Of a stretch of DNA of 64,000 nt, positions 41,401 to 55,450 are shown one piece after another. The stretch lies in the NCBI RefSeq assembly GCF_009914755.1, contig NC_060948.1; one strand, 5' to 3'. A program made the translations under genes and the position numbers. Every line of letters starts with the position of its first letter. Position 1 is the first letter of the stretch. Under the pieces are notes generated by a model that searched no databases, had not been told where the DNA came from, and saw only the letters and a list, made by a program, of their open reading frames with translations. This DNA is from the human T2T-CHM13v2.0 reference genome, Homo sapiens.

Positions 41401-44400
41401 ATGGAATGGAATCGAATGGAATGGAAGTGAATAGAATCGAACTAAATCGAATGGAATGGAATTGATAGGAACGGAATGGAAAGGAATGCAATGATTTGGC
41501 ATGGAATGGAATCGAATGGCATCGAATGGAATGGAATGGAATGCAATGGAATGGAATGTATTAGAATGTAATGAACTTTAATGGAATGTACTCGAATGGA
41601 TTCGACTGGAATGGAATGTTCTGGAAGTGAATGGACTCCAATGGAATGGATTCAAAAGGAATGGAATCGTACGGAATGGAATCTAATGGAATGGAATTAA
41701 ATGGAAATGAATCAAATTGAATAGCACGGAATTGAATTGAATGGAATGGAATGCAATGGAATCTAATGAAACGGAAAGGAAAGGAATGGAATGGAATGGA
41801 ATGGGCTGGAATGGAAAGGAATCGAAACGAATGGAATGGAATCGAACTGAAGAGACTGGAATGGAATGCACTGGAATGGAAGGGAGTGTAATGGAAGGTT
41901 CTCGAAAAAAATGGAATCGAATGGAATGGAATTGAATGGAACGGAATAGAGTCGAATGGAATTGAATGGAATGGAATGGACTAGAGTGAAATGGAATCGA
42001 ACCACAAGGAATGGACAGGAATAGAATGGTCTCGAATTGAATGGAATCGTATGGAATGGCATCAAACGGAATGGAATGGACAGCCACGGAATGGAATGCA
42101 CTCGAATGCAATGGAGTCGAAACTAATGGACTGGAATAGAATGGACTCGACTGGTACGGACTCCAATGGAATGGAATCGAATGGAAGGGAATCGAACGGA
42201 ATGGACTCGAAGGGAAAAGACTGCAATGGAAAGGTCTCGAATGGAATGGAAATTAATGGAATGGAATGGAATCGAATGAAATGGAGTCAAAAGGAATGGA
42301 ATCGAATGGCAAGAAATCGAATGTAATGGAATCGCAAGGAATTGATGTGAACGGAACGGAATGGAATGGAATCCAAAGGAATGGAATAGAATGGAATGGA
42401 ATCGAATGGAAAGGACTCGAATGGAAATCACTCGAATAGAATGCAATTTAATAAAATAGGATCAAATGTAATGGAATGGAATGGAAAGGAATCGAAACGA
42501 AAGGAATGGAGACAGATGGAATGGAATGGAACAGAGAGCAATGGTATAGAATGGAATGGAATCATCTGGAATGGAATTGAATGGAATGGAATAATATGAA
42601 ATGGAATGGAATGGAATGGAATGGAATGTACTTGAATTAAATGGACTGGAATGGAATGGACTCGAACAGAGTGGAATGTAAAGTGTTGAGATAGAATGCA
42701 ATGGACTCCTTTGGAATGGTGTAGTATGCAATGCAATCGACTGGCAGGGAATCAAAAGGAATGTAATGGAATGGATTGGACTGGAATGCAATGGACTCGA
42801 ATAGATTGGAAACGGAATGCAAAGGAATGGAATGGAATAGTATGGAATGGAATGGAAAGGAATGGAGTGGAATAGACTAGAGTGGAATGGAATGGACTGG
42901 AAAGCAATGGACTGGAATGGAACTTTCTTGAATGGACTGGAATCAAACGGAATGGAATGCAATGCAATCAAATGGCATGGAATAAAATAGAATGAAAGAG
43001 AACCAAATGGAATTGAATCGAATGGAATCGAATGGATTGGAAAGGAATAGAATGGAATGGAATGGAATTGACTCAAATGGAATGGACTAGAATGGAATGG
43101 ATTCGAATGGAAGGCAAAGGAATGGAATCTATTGGAATGGACTGTAATGGAATGGAATGGAAGGGATTGGAATGGACTCGAATGGAATGGACTGCAATAG
43201 AAAGGATTCGAATGGAATGAAAAAGAATTGAATGGAATAGAACAGAATGGAATCAAATCGAATGAAATGGAATGGAATAGAAAGGAATGGAATGAAATGG
43301 AATGGAAAGGATTCGAATGGAATGCAATCGAATGGAATGGAATCGAACGGAATGGAATAAAATGGAAGAAAACTGGCAAGAAATGGAATCGAAATGAATG
43401 GAGTGTTATGGAACGGACTCAAAAGGAATTGAATGTAATAGAATGGAGTGGAGTGGACTCGAATATAATGGACTGGAATGGAATGAAATCACATGGAATG
43501 GGAACGAATGGAATGGAATGGAAAGGAATGGAATCGAATGGAAAGGAATCGAATGGAAGGGAATGAAATTGAATCAACAGGAATGGAAGGGAATAGAATA
43601 GACGGTAATGGAATGGACTCGAATAGAATGGACACGAATGCTCAAATCGAATGGACTCGAATGGAATGGAAACGAAAGGAATGTCATCGAATGGAATTGA
43701 ATGGATTGGAATGAAATCGCATAGAATGGAGTGGAATCAAATGGAATTGAATCGAAAGGAAAGGAAGCGAATGGACTGAAATGAAATGGAATGGAATTGA
43801 ATGGAAAGTAATGCAATGGAATAGAATGGAACGAAATTTCACGGAATGGAATCAAACTGAATGGAATCAAATCAATGGAATCAAATCAAATGGAATGGAA
43901 AGGAATTGAATGGAGTAGATTGGATTGGATGGGATTGGAATGAAATGTACTGGAAAGGACTCGAATTTCATGAAACGGAATGGAATGAATTGGAACGGAA
44001 TGGACTCGAATGGAATGGAATGTCATGGAATGGCATCAAATGGAATGGCATCAAATGGAATGGAATCGAATGCAATGGAATGCTATGGAATGGAATGGAA
44101 TGCATTGGAATGGAATGTCCTCTAATGGAATGGATTCGAGTGGAATGGAATCGAATATAATGGAGTCGAATGAAATGGAATTGAAAGGAATGGGATCGAA
44201 TACAATGGAATATACTGGAATGTAATGTAATGAACTCGAATGTAATTGACTGGAATGGAATGTACATGAATGGAATGTAATCGATTGGAAAGTAATCCAA
44301 TGGAATAGAATCTAATGCAATAAAATCGACTCAGATAGAGTAGAATGTAATGGAATGGAGTGCAGTGCAATGGAATGGAATGGAATTGAATGCAATGGAA

Positions 44401-45300
44401 TGGAATGGAATGGAATGGAATGGAATGGAATGGAATGGGATGGAATGGGATGGAATGGTATGGAATGGATAGTAATGGACTGGAGTGAAATGGACTGGAA
44501 AGGAATGGACTCAAATTGAAAGGGCTCGAAAGGAATGGAGTCAAATGTAATGGTCTGGAATGGAATGAACACGAATGTAATGCAATCCAATAGAATGGAA
44601 TCGAATGGCATGGAATATAAAGAAATGGAATCGAAGAGAATGGAAACAAATGGAATGGAATTGAATGGAATGGAATTGAATGGAATGGGAACGAATGGAG
44701 TGAAATTGTATGCAGTAGAAGGGAATAGAATGGAATGCAAGCGAAAGGAAAGGAATGGATTGGAATGGAATGGAATTCATTGGAATGGAAGGGAATGTAG
44801 TGTAATGGACAGGCCTGGAATAAAGTGGAATGCTACGGTCTCGAATGGAATAAAAATGTATGGAATGGAATGCAATGAAACGTAATCGAATGTCATAGAA
44901 TGTAATGGAATGCAAAAAAATGGAATCCAAAATCATTGACTGGAAAGGCTGGGTGTCGAAAGGAATTGACTCCAATGGAATGGAATCGAATGGAATGGAA
45001 GTGAATAGAATCGAACTAAATCGAATGGAATGGAATTGATAGGAACGGAATGGAAAGGAATGCAATGATTTGGCATGGAATGGAATCGAATGGCATCGAA
45101 TGGAATGGAATGGAATGCAATGGAATGGAATGTATTAGAATGTAATGAACTTTAATGGAATGTACTCGAATGGATTCGACTGGAATGGAATGTTCTGGAA
45201 GTGAATGGACTCCAATGGAATGGATTCAAAAGGAATGGAATCGTACGGAATGGAATCTAATGGAATGGAATTAAATGGAAATGAATCAAATTGAATAGCA
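23500..45300 (+). repeat. Tandem duplication of a 3-monomer block (period 10696-10711 bp); boundaries approximate
   Basis: Rare variants shared at this offset: C 24889/35600, 1-bp deletion 25898/36609, TTTCAGGG ~26200/~36911, C 27394/38105, 15-bp deletion ~28806/~39517, extra GGCC 30247/40948, GTAC 31927/42628, T 34187/44883. Confidence 0.85.
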
Positions 45301-48300
45301 CGGAATTGAATTGAATGGAATCGAATGCAATGGAATCTAATGAAACGGAAAGGAAAGGAATGGAATGGAATGGAATGGGCTGGAATGGAAAGGAATCGAA
45401 ACGAATGGAATGGAATCGAACTGAAGAGACTGGAATGGAATGCACTGGAATGGAAGGGAGTGTAATGGAAGGTTCTCGAAAAAAATGGAATCGAATGGAA
45501 TGGAATTGAATGGAACGGAATAGAGTCGAATGGAATTGAATGGAATGGAATGGACTAGAGTGAAATGGAATCGAACCACAAGGAATGGACAGGAATAGAA
45601 TGGTCTCGAATTGAATGGAATCGTATGGAATGGCATCAAACGGAATGGAATGGACAGCCACGGAATGGAATGCACTCGAATGCAATGGAGTCGAAACTAA
45701 TGGACTGGAATAGAATGGACTCGACTGGTACGGACTCCAATGGAATGGAATCGAATGGAAGGGAATCGAACGGAATGGACTCGAAGGGAAAAGACTGCAA
45801 TGGAAAGGTCTCGAATGGAATGGAAATTAATGGAATGGAATGGAATCGAATGAAATGGAGTCAAAAGGAATGGAATCGAATGGCAAGAAATCGAATGTAA
45901 TGGAATCGCAAGGAATTGATGTGAACGGAACGGAATGGAATGGAATCCAAAGGAATGGAATAGAATGGAATGGAATCGAATGGAAAGGACTCGAATGGAA
46001 ATCACTCGAATAGAATGCAATTTAATAAAATAGGATCAAATGTAATGGAATGGAATGGAAAGGAATCGAAACGAAAGGAATGGAGACAGATGGAATGGAA
46101 TGGAACAGAGAGCAATGGTATAGAATGGAATGGAATCATCTGGAATGGAATTGAATGGAATGGAATAATATGAAATGGAATGGAATGGAATGGAATGGAA
46201 TGCCCTTGAATTAAATGGACTGGAATGGAATGGACTCGAAGAGAGTGGAATGGAAAGTGTTGAGATAGAATGGAATGGACTCCTTTGGAATGGTGTAGTA
46301 TGCAATGCAATCGACTGGCAGGGAATCAAAAGGAATGTAATGGAATGGATTGGACTGGAATGCAATGGACTCGAATAGATTGCAAACGGAATGCAAAGGA
46401 ATGGAATGGAATAGTATGGAATGGAATGGAAAGGAATGGAGTGGAATAGACTAGAGTGGAATGGAATGGACTGGAAAGCAATGGACAGGAATGGAACTTT
46501 CTTGAATGGACTGGAATCAAACGGAATGGAATGCAATGCAATCAAATGGCATGGAATAAAATAGAATGAAAGAGAATCAAATGGAATTGAATCGAATGGA
46601 ATCGAATGGATTGGAAAGGAATAGAATGGAATGGAATGGAATTGACTCAAATGGAATGGACTAGAATGGAATGGATTCGAATGGAAGGCAAAGGAATGGA
46701 ATCTATTGGAATGGACTGTAATGGAATGGAATGGAAGGGATTGGAATGGACTCGAATGGAATGGACTGCAATAGAAAGGATTCGAATGGAATGAAAAAGA
46801 ATTGAATGGAATAGAACAGAATGGAATCAAATCGAATGAAATGGAATGGAATAGAAAGGAATGGAATGAAATGGAATGGAAAGGATTCGAATGGAATGCA
46901 ATCGAATGGAATGGAATCGAACGGAATGGAATAAAATGGAAGAAAACTGACAAGAAATGGAATCGAAATGAATGGAGTGTTATGGAACGGACTCAAAAGG
47001 AATTGAATGTAATAGAATGGAGTGGAGTGGACTCGAATATAATGGACTGGAATGGAATGAAATCACAAGGAATGGGAACGAATGGAATGGAATGGAAAGG
47101 AATGGAATCGAATGGAAAGGAATCGAATGGAAGGGAATGAAATTGAATCAACAGGAATGGAAGGGAATAGAATAGACGGTAATGGAATGGACTCGAATAG
47201 AATGGACACGAATGCTCAAATTGAATGGACTCGAATGGAATGGAAACGAAAGGAATGTCATCGAATGGAATTGAATGGATTGGAATGAAATCGCATAGAA
47301 TGGAGTGGAATCAAATGGAATTGAATCGAAAGGAAAGGAAGCGAATGGACTGAAATGAAATGGAATGGAATTGAATGGAAAGTAATGCAATGGAATAGAA
47401 TGGAACGAAATTTCACGGAATGGAATCAAACTGAATGGAATCAAATCAATGGAATCAAATCAAATGGAATGGAAAGGAATTGAATGGAGTAGATTGGATT
47501 GGATGGGATTGGAATGAAATGTACTGGAAAGGACTCGAATTTCATGAAACGGAATGGAATGAATTGGAACGGAATGGACTCGAATGGAATGGAATGTCAT
47601 GGAATGGCATCAAATGGAATGGCATCAAATGGAATGGAATCGAATGCAATGGAATGCTATGGAATGGAATGGAATGCATTGGAATGGAATGTCCTCTAAT
47701 GGAATGGATTCGAGTGGAATGGAATCGAATATAATGGAGTCGAATGAAATGGAATTGAAAGGAGTGGGATCGAATACAATGGAATATACTGGAATGTAAT
47801 GTAATGAACTCGAATGTAATTGACTGGAATGGAATGTACATGAAAGGAATGTAATCGAATGGAAAGTAATCCAATGGAATAGAATCTAATGCAATAAAAT
47901 CGACTCAGATAGAGTAGAATGTAATGGAATGGAGTGCAGTGCAATGGAATGGAATGGAATGGAATGCAATGGAATGGAATGGAATGGAATGGAATGGAAT
48001 GGGATGGAATGGGATGGAATGGATAGTAATGGACTGGAGTGAAATGGACTGGAAAGGAATGGACTCAAATTGAAAGGGCTCGAAAGGAATGTAGTCAAAT
48101 GGAATGGTCTGGAATGGAATGAACAGGAATGTAATGCAATCCAATAGAATGGAATCGAATGGCATGGAATATAAAGAAATGGAATCGAAGAGAATGGAAA
48201 CAAATGGAATGGAATTGAATGGAATGGAATTGAATGGAATGGGAACGAATGGAGTGAAATTGTATGTAGTAGAAGGGAATAGAATGGAATGCAAGCGAAA

Positions 48301-51300
48301 GGAAAGGAATGGATTGGAATGGAATGGAATTCATTGGAATGGAAGGGAATGTAGTGTAATGGACAGGCCTGGAATAAAGTGGAATGCTACTCTCTCGAAT
48401 GGAATAAAAATGTATGGAATGGAATGCAATGAAACGGAATCGAATATCATAGAATGTAATGGAATGCAAAAAAATGGAATCCAAAATCATTGACTGGAAA
48501 GGCTGGGTGTCGAAAGGAATTGACTCCAATGGAATGGAATCGAATGGAATGGAAGTGAATAGAATCGAACTAAATCGAATGGAATGGAATTGATAGGAAC
48601 GGAATGGAAAGGAATGCAATGATTTGGCATGGAATGGAATCGAATGGCATCGAATGGAATGGAATGGAATGCAATGGAATGGAATGTATTAGAATGTAAT
48701 GAACTTTAATGGAATGTACTCGAATGGATTCGACTGGAATGGAATGTTCTGGAAGTGAATGGACTCCAATGGAATGGATTCAAAAGGAATGGAATCGTAC
48801 GGAATGGAATCTAATGGAATGGAATTAAATGGAAATGAATCAAATTGAATAGCACGGAATTGAATTGAATGGAATGGAATGCAATGGAATCTAATGAAAC
48901 GGAAAGGAAAGGAATGGAATGGAATGGAATGGGCTGGAATGGAAAGGAATCGAAACGAATGGAATGGAATCGAACTGAAGAGACTGGAATGGAATGCACT
49001 GGAATGGAAGGGAGTGTAATGGAAGGTTCTCGAAAAAAATGGAATCGAATGGAATGGAATTGAATGGAACGGAATAGAGTCGAATGGAATTGAATGGAAT
49101 GGAATGGACTAGAGTGAAATGGAATCGAACCACAAGGAATGGACAGGAATAGAATGGTCTCGAATTGAATGGAATCGTATGGAATGGCATCAAACGGAAT
49201 GGAATGGACAGCCACGGAATGGAATGCACTCGAATGCAATGGAGTCGAAACTAATGGACTGGAATAGAATGGACTCGACTGGTACGGACTCCAATGGAAT
49301 GGAATCGAATGGAAGGGAATCGAACGGAATGGACTCGAAGGGAAAAGACTGCAATGGAAAGGTCTCGAATGGAATGGAAATTAATGGAATGGAATGGAAT
49401 CGAATGAAATGGAGTCAAAAGGAATGGAATCGAATGGCAAGAAATCGAATGTAATGGAATCGCAAGGAATTGATGTGAACGGAACGGAATGGAATGGAAT
49501 CCAAAGGAATGGAATAGAATGGAATGGAATCGAATGGAAAGGACTCGAATGGAAATCACTCGAATAGAATGCAATTTAATAAAATAGGATCAAATGTAAT
49601 GGAATGGAATGGAAAGGAATCGAAACGAAAGGAATGGAGACAGATGGAATGGAATGGAACAGAGAGCAATGGTATAGAATGGAATGGAATCATCTGGAAT
49701 GGAATTGAATGGAATGGAATAATATGAAATGGAATGGAATGGAATGGAATGGAATGTACTTGAATTAAATGGACTGGAATGGAATGGACTCGAACAGAGT
49801 GGAATGTAAAGTGTTGAGATAGAATGCAATGGACTCCTTTGGAATGGTGTAGTATGCAATGCAATCGACTGGCAGGGAATCAAAAGGAATGTAATGGAAT
49901 GGATTGGACTGGAATGCAATGGACTCGAATAGATTGGAAACGGAATGCAAAGGAATGGAATGGAATAGTATGGAATGGAATGGAAAGGAATGGAGTGGAA
50001 TAGACTAGAGTGGAATGGAATGGACTGGAAAGCAATGGACTGGAATGGAACTTTCTTGAATGGACTGGAATCAAACGGAATGGAATGCAATGCAATCAAA
50101 TGGCATGGAATAAAATAGAATGAAAGAGAACCAAATGGAATTGAATCGAATGGAATCGAATGGATTGGAAAGGAATAGAATGGAATGGAATGGAATTGAC
50201 TCAAATGGAATGGACTAGAATGGAATGGATTCGAATGGAAGGCAAAGGAATGGAATCTATTGGAATGGACTGTAATGGAATGGAATGGAAGGGATTGGAA
50301 TGGACTCGAATGGAATGGACTGCAATAGAAAGGATTCGAATGGAATGAAAAAGAATTGAATGGAATAGAACAGAATGGAATCAAATCGAATGAAATGGAA
50401 TGGAATAGAAAGGAATGGAATGAAATGGAATGGAAAGGATTCGAATGGAATGCAATCGAATGGAATGGAATCGAACGGAATGGAATAAAATGGAAGAAAA
50501 CTGGCAAGAAATGGAATCGAAATGAATGGAGTGTTATGGAACGGACTCAAAAGGAATTGAATGTAATAGAATGGAGTGGAGTGGACTCGAATATAATGGA
50601 CTGGAATGGAATGAAATCACATGGAATGGGAACGAATGGAATGGAATGGAAAGGAATGGAATCGAATGGAAAGGAATCGAATGGAAGGGAATGAAATTGA
50701 ATCAACAGGAATGGAAGGGAATAGAATAGACGGTAATGGAATGGACTCGAATAGAATGGACACGAATGCTCAAATCGAATGGACTCGAATGGAATGGAAA
50801 CGAAAGGAATGTCATCGAATGGAATTGAATGGATTGGAATGAAATCGCATAGAATGGAGTGGAATCAAATGGAATTGAATCGAAAGGAAAGGAAGCGAAT
50901 GGACTGAAATGAAATGGAATGGAATTGAATGGAAAGTAATGCAATGGAATAGAATGGAACGAAATTTCACGGAATGGAATCAAACTGAATGGAATCAAAT
51001 CAATGGAATCAAATCAAATGGAATGGAAAGGAATTGAATGGAGTAGATTGGATTGGATGGGATTGGAATGAAATGTACTGGAAAGGACTCGAATTTCATG
51101 AAACGGAATGGAATGAATTGGAACGGAATGGACTCGAATGGAATGGAATGTCATGGAATGGCATCAAATGGAATGGCATCAAATGGAATGGAATCGAATG
51201 CAATGGAATGCTATGGAATGGAATGGAATGCATTGGAATGGAATGTCCTCTAATGGAATGGATTCGAGTGGAATGGAATCGAATATAATGGAGTCGAATG

Positions 51301-54300
51301 AAATGGAATTGAAAGGAATGGGATCGAATACAATGGAATATACTGGAATGTAATGTAATGAACTCGAATGTAATTGACTGGAATGGAATGTACATGAATG
51401 GAATGTAATCGATTGGAAAGTAATCCAATGGAATAGAATCTAATGCAATAAAATCGACTCAGATAGAGTAGAATGTAATGGAATGGAGTGCAGTGCAATG
51501 GAATGGAATGGAATTGAATGCAATGGAATGGAATGGAATGGAATGGAATGGAATGGAATGGAATGGGATGGAATGGGATGGAATGGTATGGAATGGATAG
51601 TAATGGACTGGAGTGAAATGGACTGGAAAGGAATGGACTCAAATTGAAAGGGCTCGAAAGGAATGGAGTCAAATGTAATGGTCTGGAATGGAATGAACAC
51701 GAATGTAATGCAATCCAATAGAATGGAATCGAATGGCATGGAATATAAAGAAATGGAATCGAAGAGAATGGAAACAAATGGAATGGAATTGAATGGAATG
51801 GAATTGAATGGAATGGGAACGAATGGAGTGAAATTGTATGCAGTAGAAGGGAATAGAATGGAATGCAAGCGAAAGGAAAGGAATGGATTGGAATGGAATG
51901 GAATTCATTGGAATGGAAGGGAATGTAGTGTAATGGACAGGCCTGGAATAAAGTGGAATGCTACGGTCTCGAATGGAATAAAAATGTATGGAATGGAATG
52001 CAATGAAACGTAATCGAATGTCATAGAATGTAATGGAATGCAAAAAAATGGAATCCAAAATCATTGACTGGAAAGGCTGGGTGTCGAAAGGAATTGACTC
52101 CAATGGAATGGAATCGAATGGAATGGAAGTGAATAGAATCGAACTAAATCGAATGGAATGGAATTGATAGGAACGGAATGGAAAGGAATGCAATGATTTG
52201 GCATGGAATGGAATCGAATGGCATCGAATGGAATGGAATGGAATGCAATGGAATGGAATGTATTAGAATGTAATGAACTTTAATGGAATGTACTCGAATG
52301 GATTCGACTGGAATGGAATGTTCTGGAAGTGAATGGACTCCAATGGAATGGATTCAAAAGGAATGGAATCGTACGGAATGGAATCTAATGGAATGGAATT
52401 AAATGGAAATGAATCAAATTGAATAGCACGGAATTGAATTGAATGGAATCGAATGCAATGGAATCTAATGAAACGGAAAGGAAAGGAATGGAATGGAATG
52501 GAATGGGCTGGAATGGAAAGGAATCGAAACGAATGGAATGGAATCGAACTGAAGAGACTGGAATGGAATGCACTGGAATGGAAGGGAGTGTAATGGAAGG
52601 TTCTCGAAAAAAATGGAATCGAATGGAATGGAATTGAATGGAACGGAATAGAGTCGAATGGAATTGAATGGAATGGAATGGACTAGAGTGAAATGGAATC
52701 GAACCACAAGGAATGGACAGGAATAGAATGGTCTCGAATTGAATGGAATCGTATGGAATGGCATCAAACGGAATGGAATGGACAGCCACGGAATGGAATG
52801 CACTCGAATGCAATGGAGTCGAAACTAATGGACTGGAATAGAATGGACTCGACTGGTACGGACTCCAATGGAATGGAATCGAATGGAAGGGAATCGAACG
52901 GAATGGACTCGAAGGGAAAAGACTGCAATGGAAAGGTCTCGAATGGAATGGAAATTAATGGAATGGAATGGAATCGAATGAAATGGAGTCAAAAGGAATG
53001 GAATCGAATGGCAAGAAATCGAATGTAATGGAATCGCAAGGAATTGATGTGAACGGAACGGAATGGAATGGAATCCAAAGGAATGGAATAGAATGGAATG
53101 GAATCGAATGGAAAGGACTCGAATGGAAATCACTCGAATAGAATGCAATTTAATAAAATAGGATCAAATGTAATGGAATGGAATGGAAAGGAATCGAAAC
53201 GAAAGGAATGGAGACAGATGGAATGGAATGGAACAGAGAGCAATGGTATAGAATGGAATGGAATCATCTGGAATGGAATTGAATGGAATGGAATAATATG
53301 AAATGGAATGGAATGGAATGGAATGGAATGCCCTTGAATTAAATGGACTGGAATGGAATGGACTCGAAGAGAGTGGAATGGAAAGTGTTGAGATAGAATG
53401 GAATGGACTCCTTTGGAATGGTGTAGTATGCAATGCAATCGACTGGCAGGGAATCAAAAGGAATGTAATGGAATGGATTGGACTGGAATGCAATGGACTC
53501 GAATAGATTGCAAACGGAATGCAAAGGAATGGAATGGAATAGTATGGAATGGAATGGAAAGGAATGGAGTGGAATAGACTAGAGTGGAATGGAATGGACT
53601 GGAAAGCAATGGACAGGAATGGAACTTTCTTGAATGGACTGGAATCAAACGGAATGGAATGCAATGCAATCAAATGGCATGGAATAAAATAGAATGAAAG
53701 AGAATCAAATGGAATTGAATCGAATGGAATCGAATGGATTGGAAAGGAATAGAATGGAATGGAATGGAATTGACTCAAATGGAATGGACTAGAATGGAAT
53801 GGATTCGAATGGAAGGCAAAGGAATGGAATCTATTGGAATGGACTGTAATGGAATGGAATGGAAGGGATTGGAATGGACTCGAATGGAATGGACTGCAAT
53901 AGAAAGGATTCGAATGGAATGAAAAAGAATTGAATGGAATAGAACAGAATGGAATCAAATCGAATGAAATGGAATGGAATAGAAAGGAATGGAATGAAAT
54001 GGAATGGAAAGGATTCGAATGGAATGCAATCGAATGGAATGGAATCGAACGGAATGGAATAAAATGGAAGAAAACTGACAAGAAATGGAATCGAAATGAA
54101 TGGAGTGTTATGGAACGGACTCAAAAGGAATTGAATGTAATAGAATGGAGTGGAGTGGACTCGAATATAATGGACTGGAATGGAATGAAATCACAAGGAA
54201 TGGGAACGAATGGAATGGAATGGAAAGGAATGGAATCGAATGGAAAGGAATCGAATGGAAGGGAATGAAATTGAATCAACAGGAATGGAAGGGAATAGAA

Positions 54301-55450
54301 TAGACGGTAATGGAATGGACTCGAATAGAATGGACACGAATGCTCAAATTGAATGGACTCGAATGGAATGGAAACGAAAGGAATGTCATCGAATGGAATT
54401 GAATGGATTGGAATGAAATCGCATAGAATGGAGTGGAATCAAATGGAATTGAATCGAAAGGAAAGGAAGCGAATGGACTGAAATGAAATGGAATGGAATT
54501 GAATGGAAAGTAATGCAATGGAATAGAATGGAACGAAATTTCACGGAATGGAATCAAACTGAATGGAATCAAATCAATGGAATCAAATCAAATGGAATGG
54601 AAAGGAATTGAATGGAGTAGATTGGATTGGATGGGATTGGAATGAAATGTACTGGAAAGGACTCGAATTTCATGAAACGGAATGGAATGAATTGGAACGG
54701 AATGGACTCGAATGGAATGGAATGTCATGGAATGGCATCAAATGGAATGGCATCAAATGGAATGGAATCGAATGCAATGGAATGCTATGGAATGGAATGG
54801 AATGCATTGGAATGGAATGTCCTCTAATGGAATGGATTCGAGTGGAATGGAATCGAATATAATGGAGTCGAATGAAATGGAATTGAAAGGAGTGGGATCG
54901 AATACAATGGAATATACTGGAATGTAATGTAATGAACTCGAATGTAATTGACTGGAATGGAATGTACATGAAAGGAATGTAATCGAATGGAAAGTAATCC
55001 AATGGAATAGAATCTAATGCAATAAAATCGACTCAGATAGAGTAGAATGTAATGGAATGGAGTGCAGTGCAATGGAATGGAATGGAATGGAATGCAATGG
55101 AATGGAATGGAATGGAATGGAATGGAATGGGATGGAATGGGATGGAATGGATAGTAATGGACTGGAGTGAAATGGACTGGAAAGGAATGGACTCAAATTG
55201 AAAGGGCTCGAAAGGAATGTAGTCAAATGGAATGGTCTGGAATGGAATGAACAGGAATGTAATGCAATCCAATAGAATGGAATCGAATGGCATGGAATAT
55301 AAAGAAATGGAATCGAAGAGAATGGAAACAAATGGAATGGAATTGAATGGAATGGAATTGAATGGAATGGGAACGAATGGAGTGAAATTGTATGTAGTAG
55401 AAGGGAATAGAATGGAATGCAAGCGAAAGGAAAGGAATGGATTGGAATGG
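41200..55450 (+). repeat. Tandem duplication of a 2-monomer block (period 7128 bp); boundaries approximate
   Basis: Variants shared at exactly +7128: T 41263/48391, GTAC 42628/49756, C 45322/52450, T 48267/55395, plus the GAAGAGAG, TTGCAAAC, ACTGACAAG and GTAGTCAA variants. Monomer spacings alternate 3574/3554/3574/3554. Confidence 0.9.
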
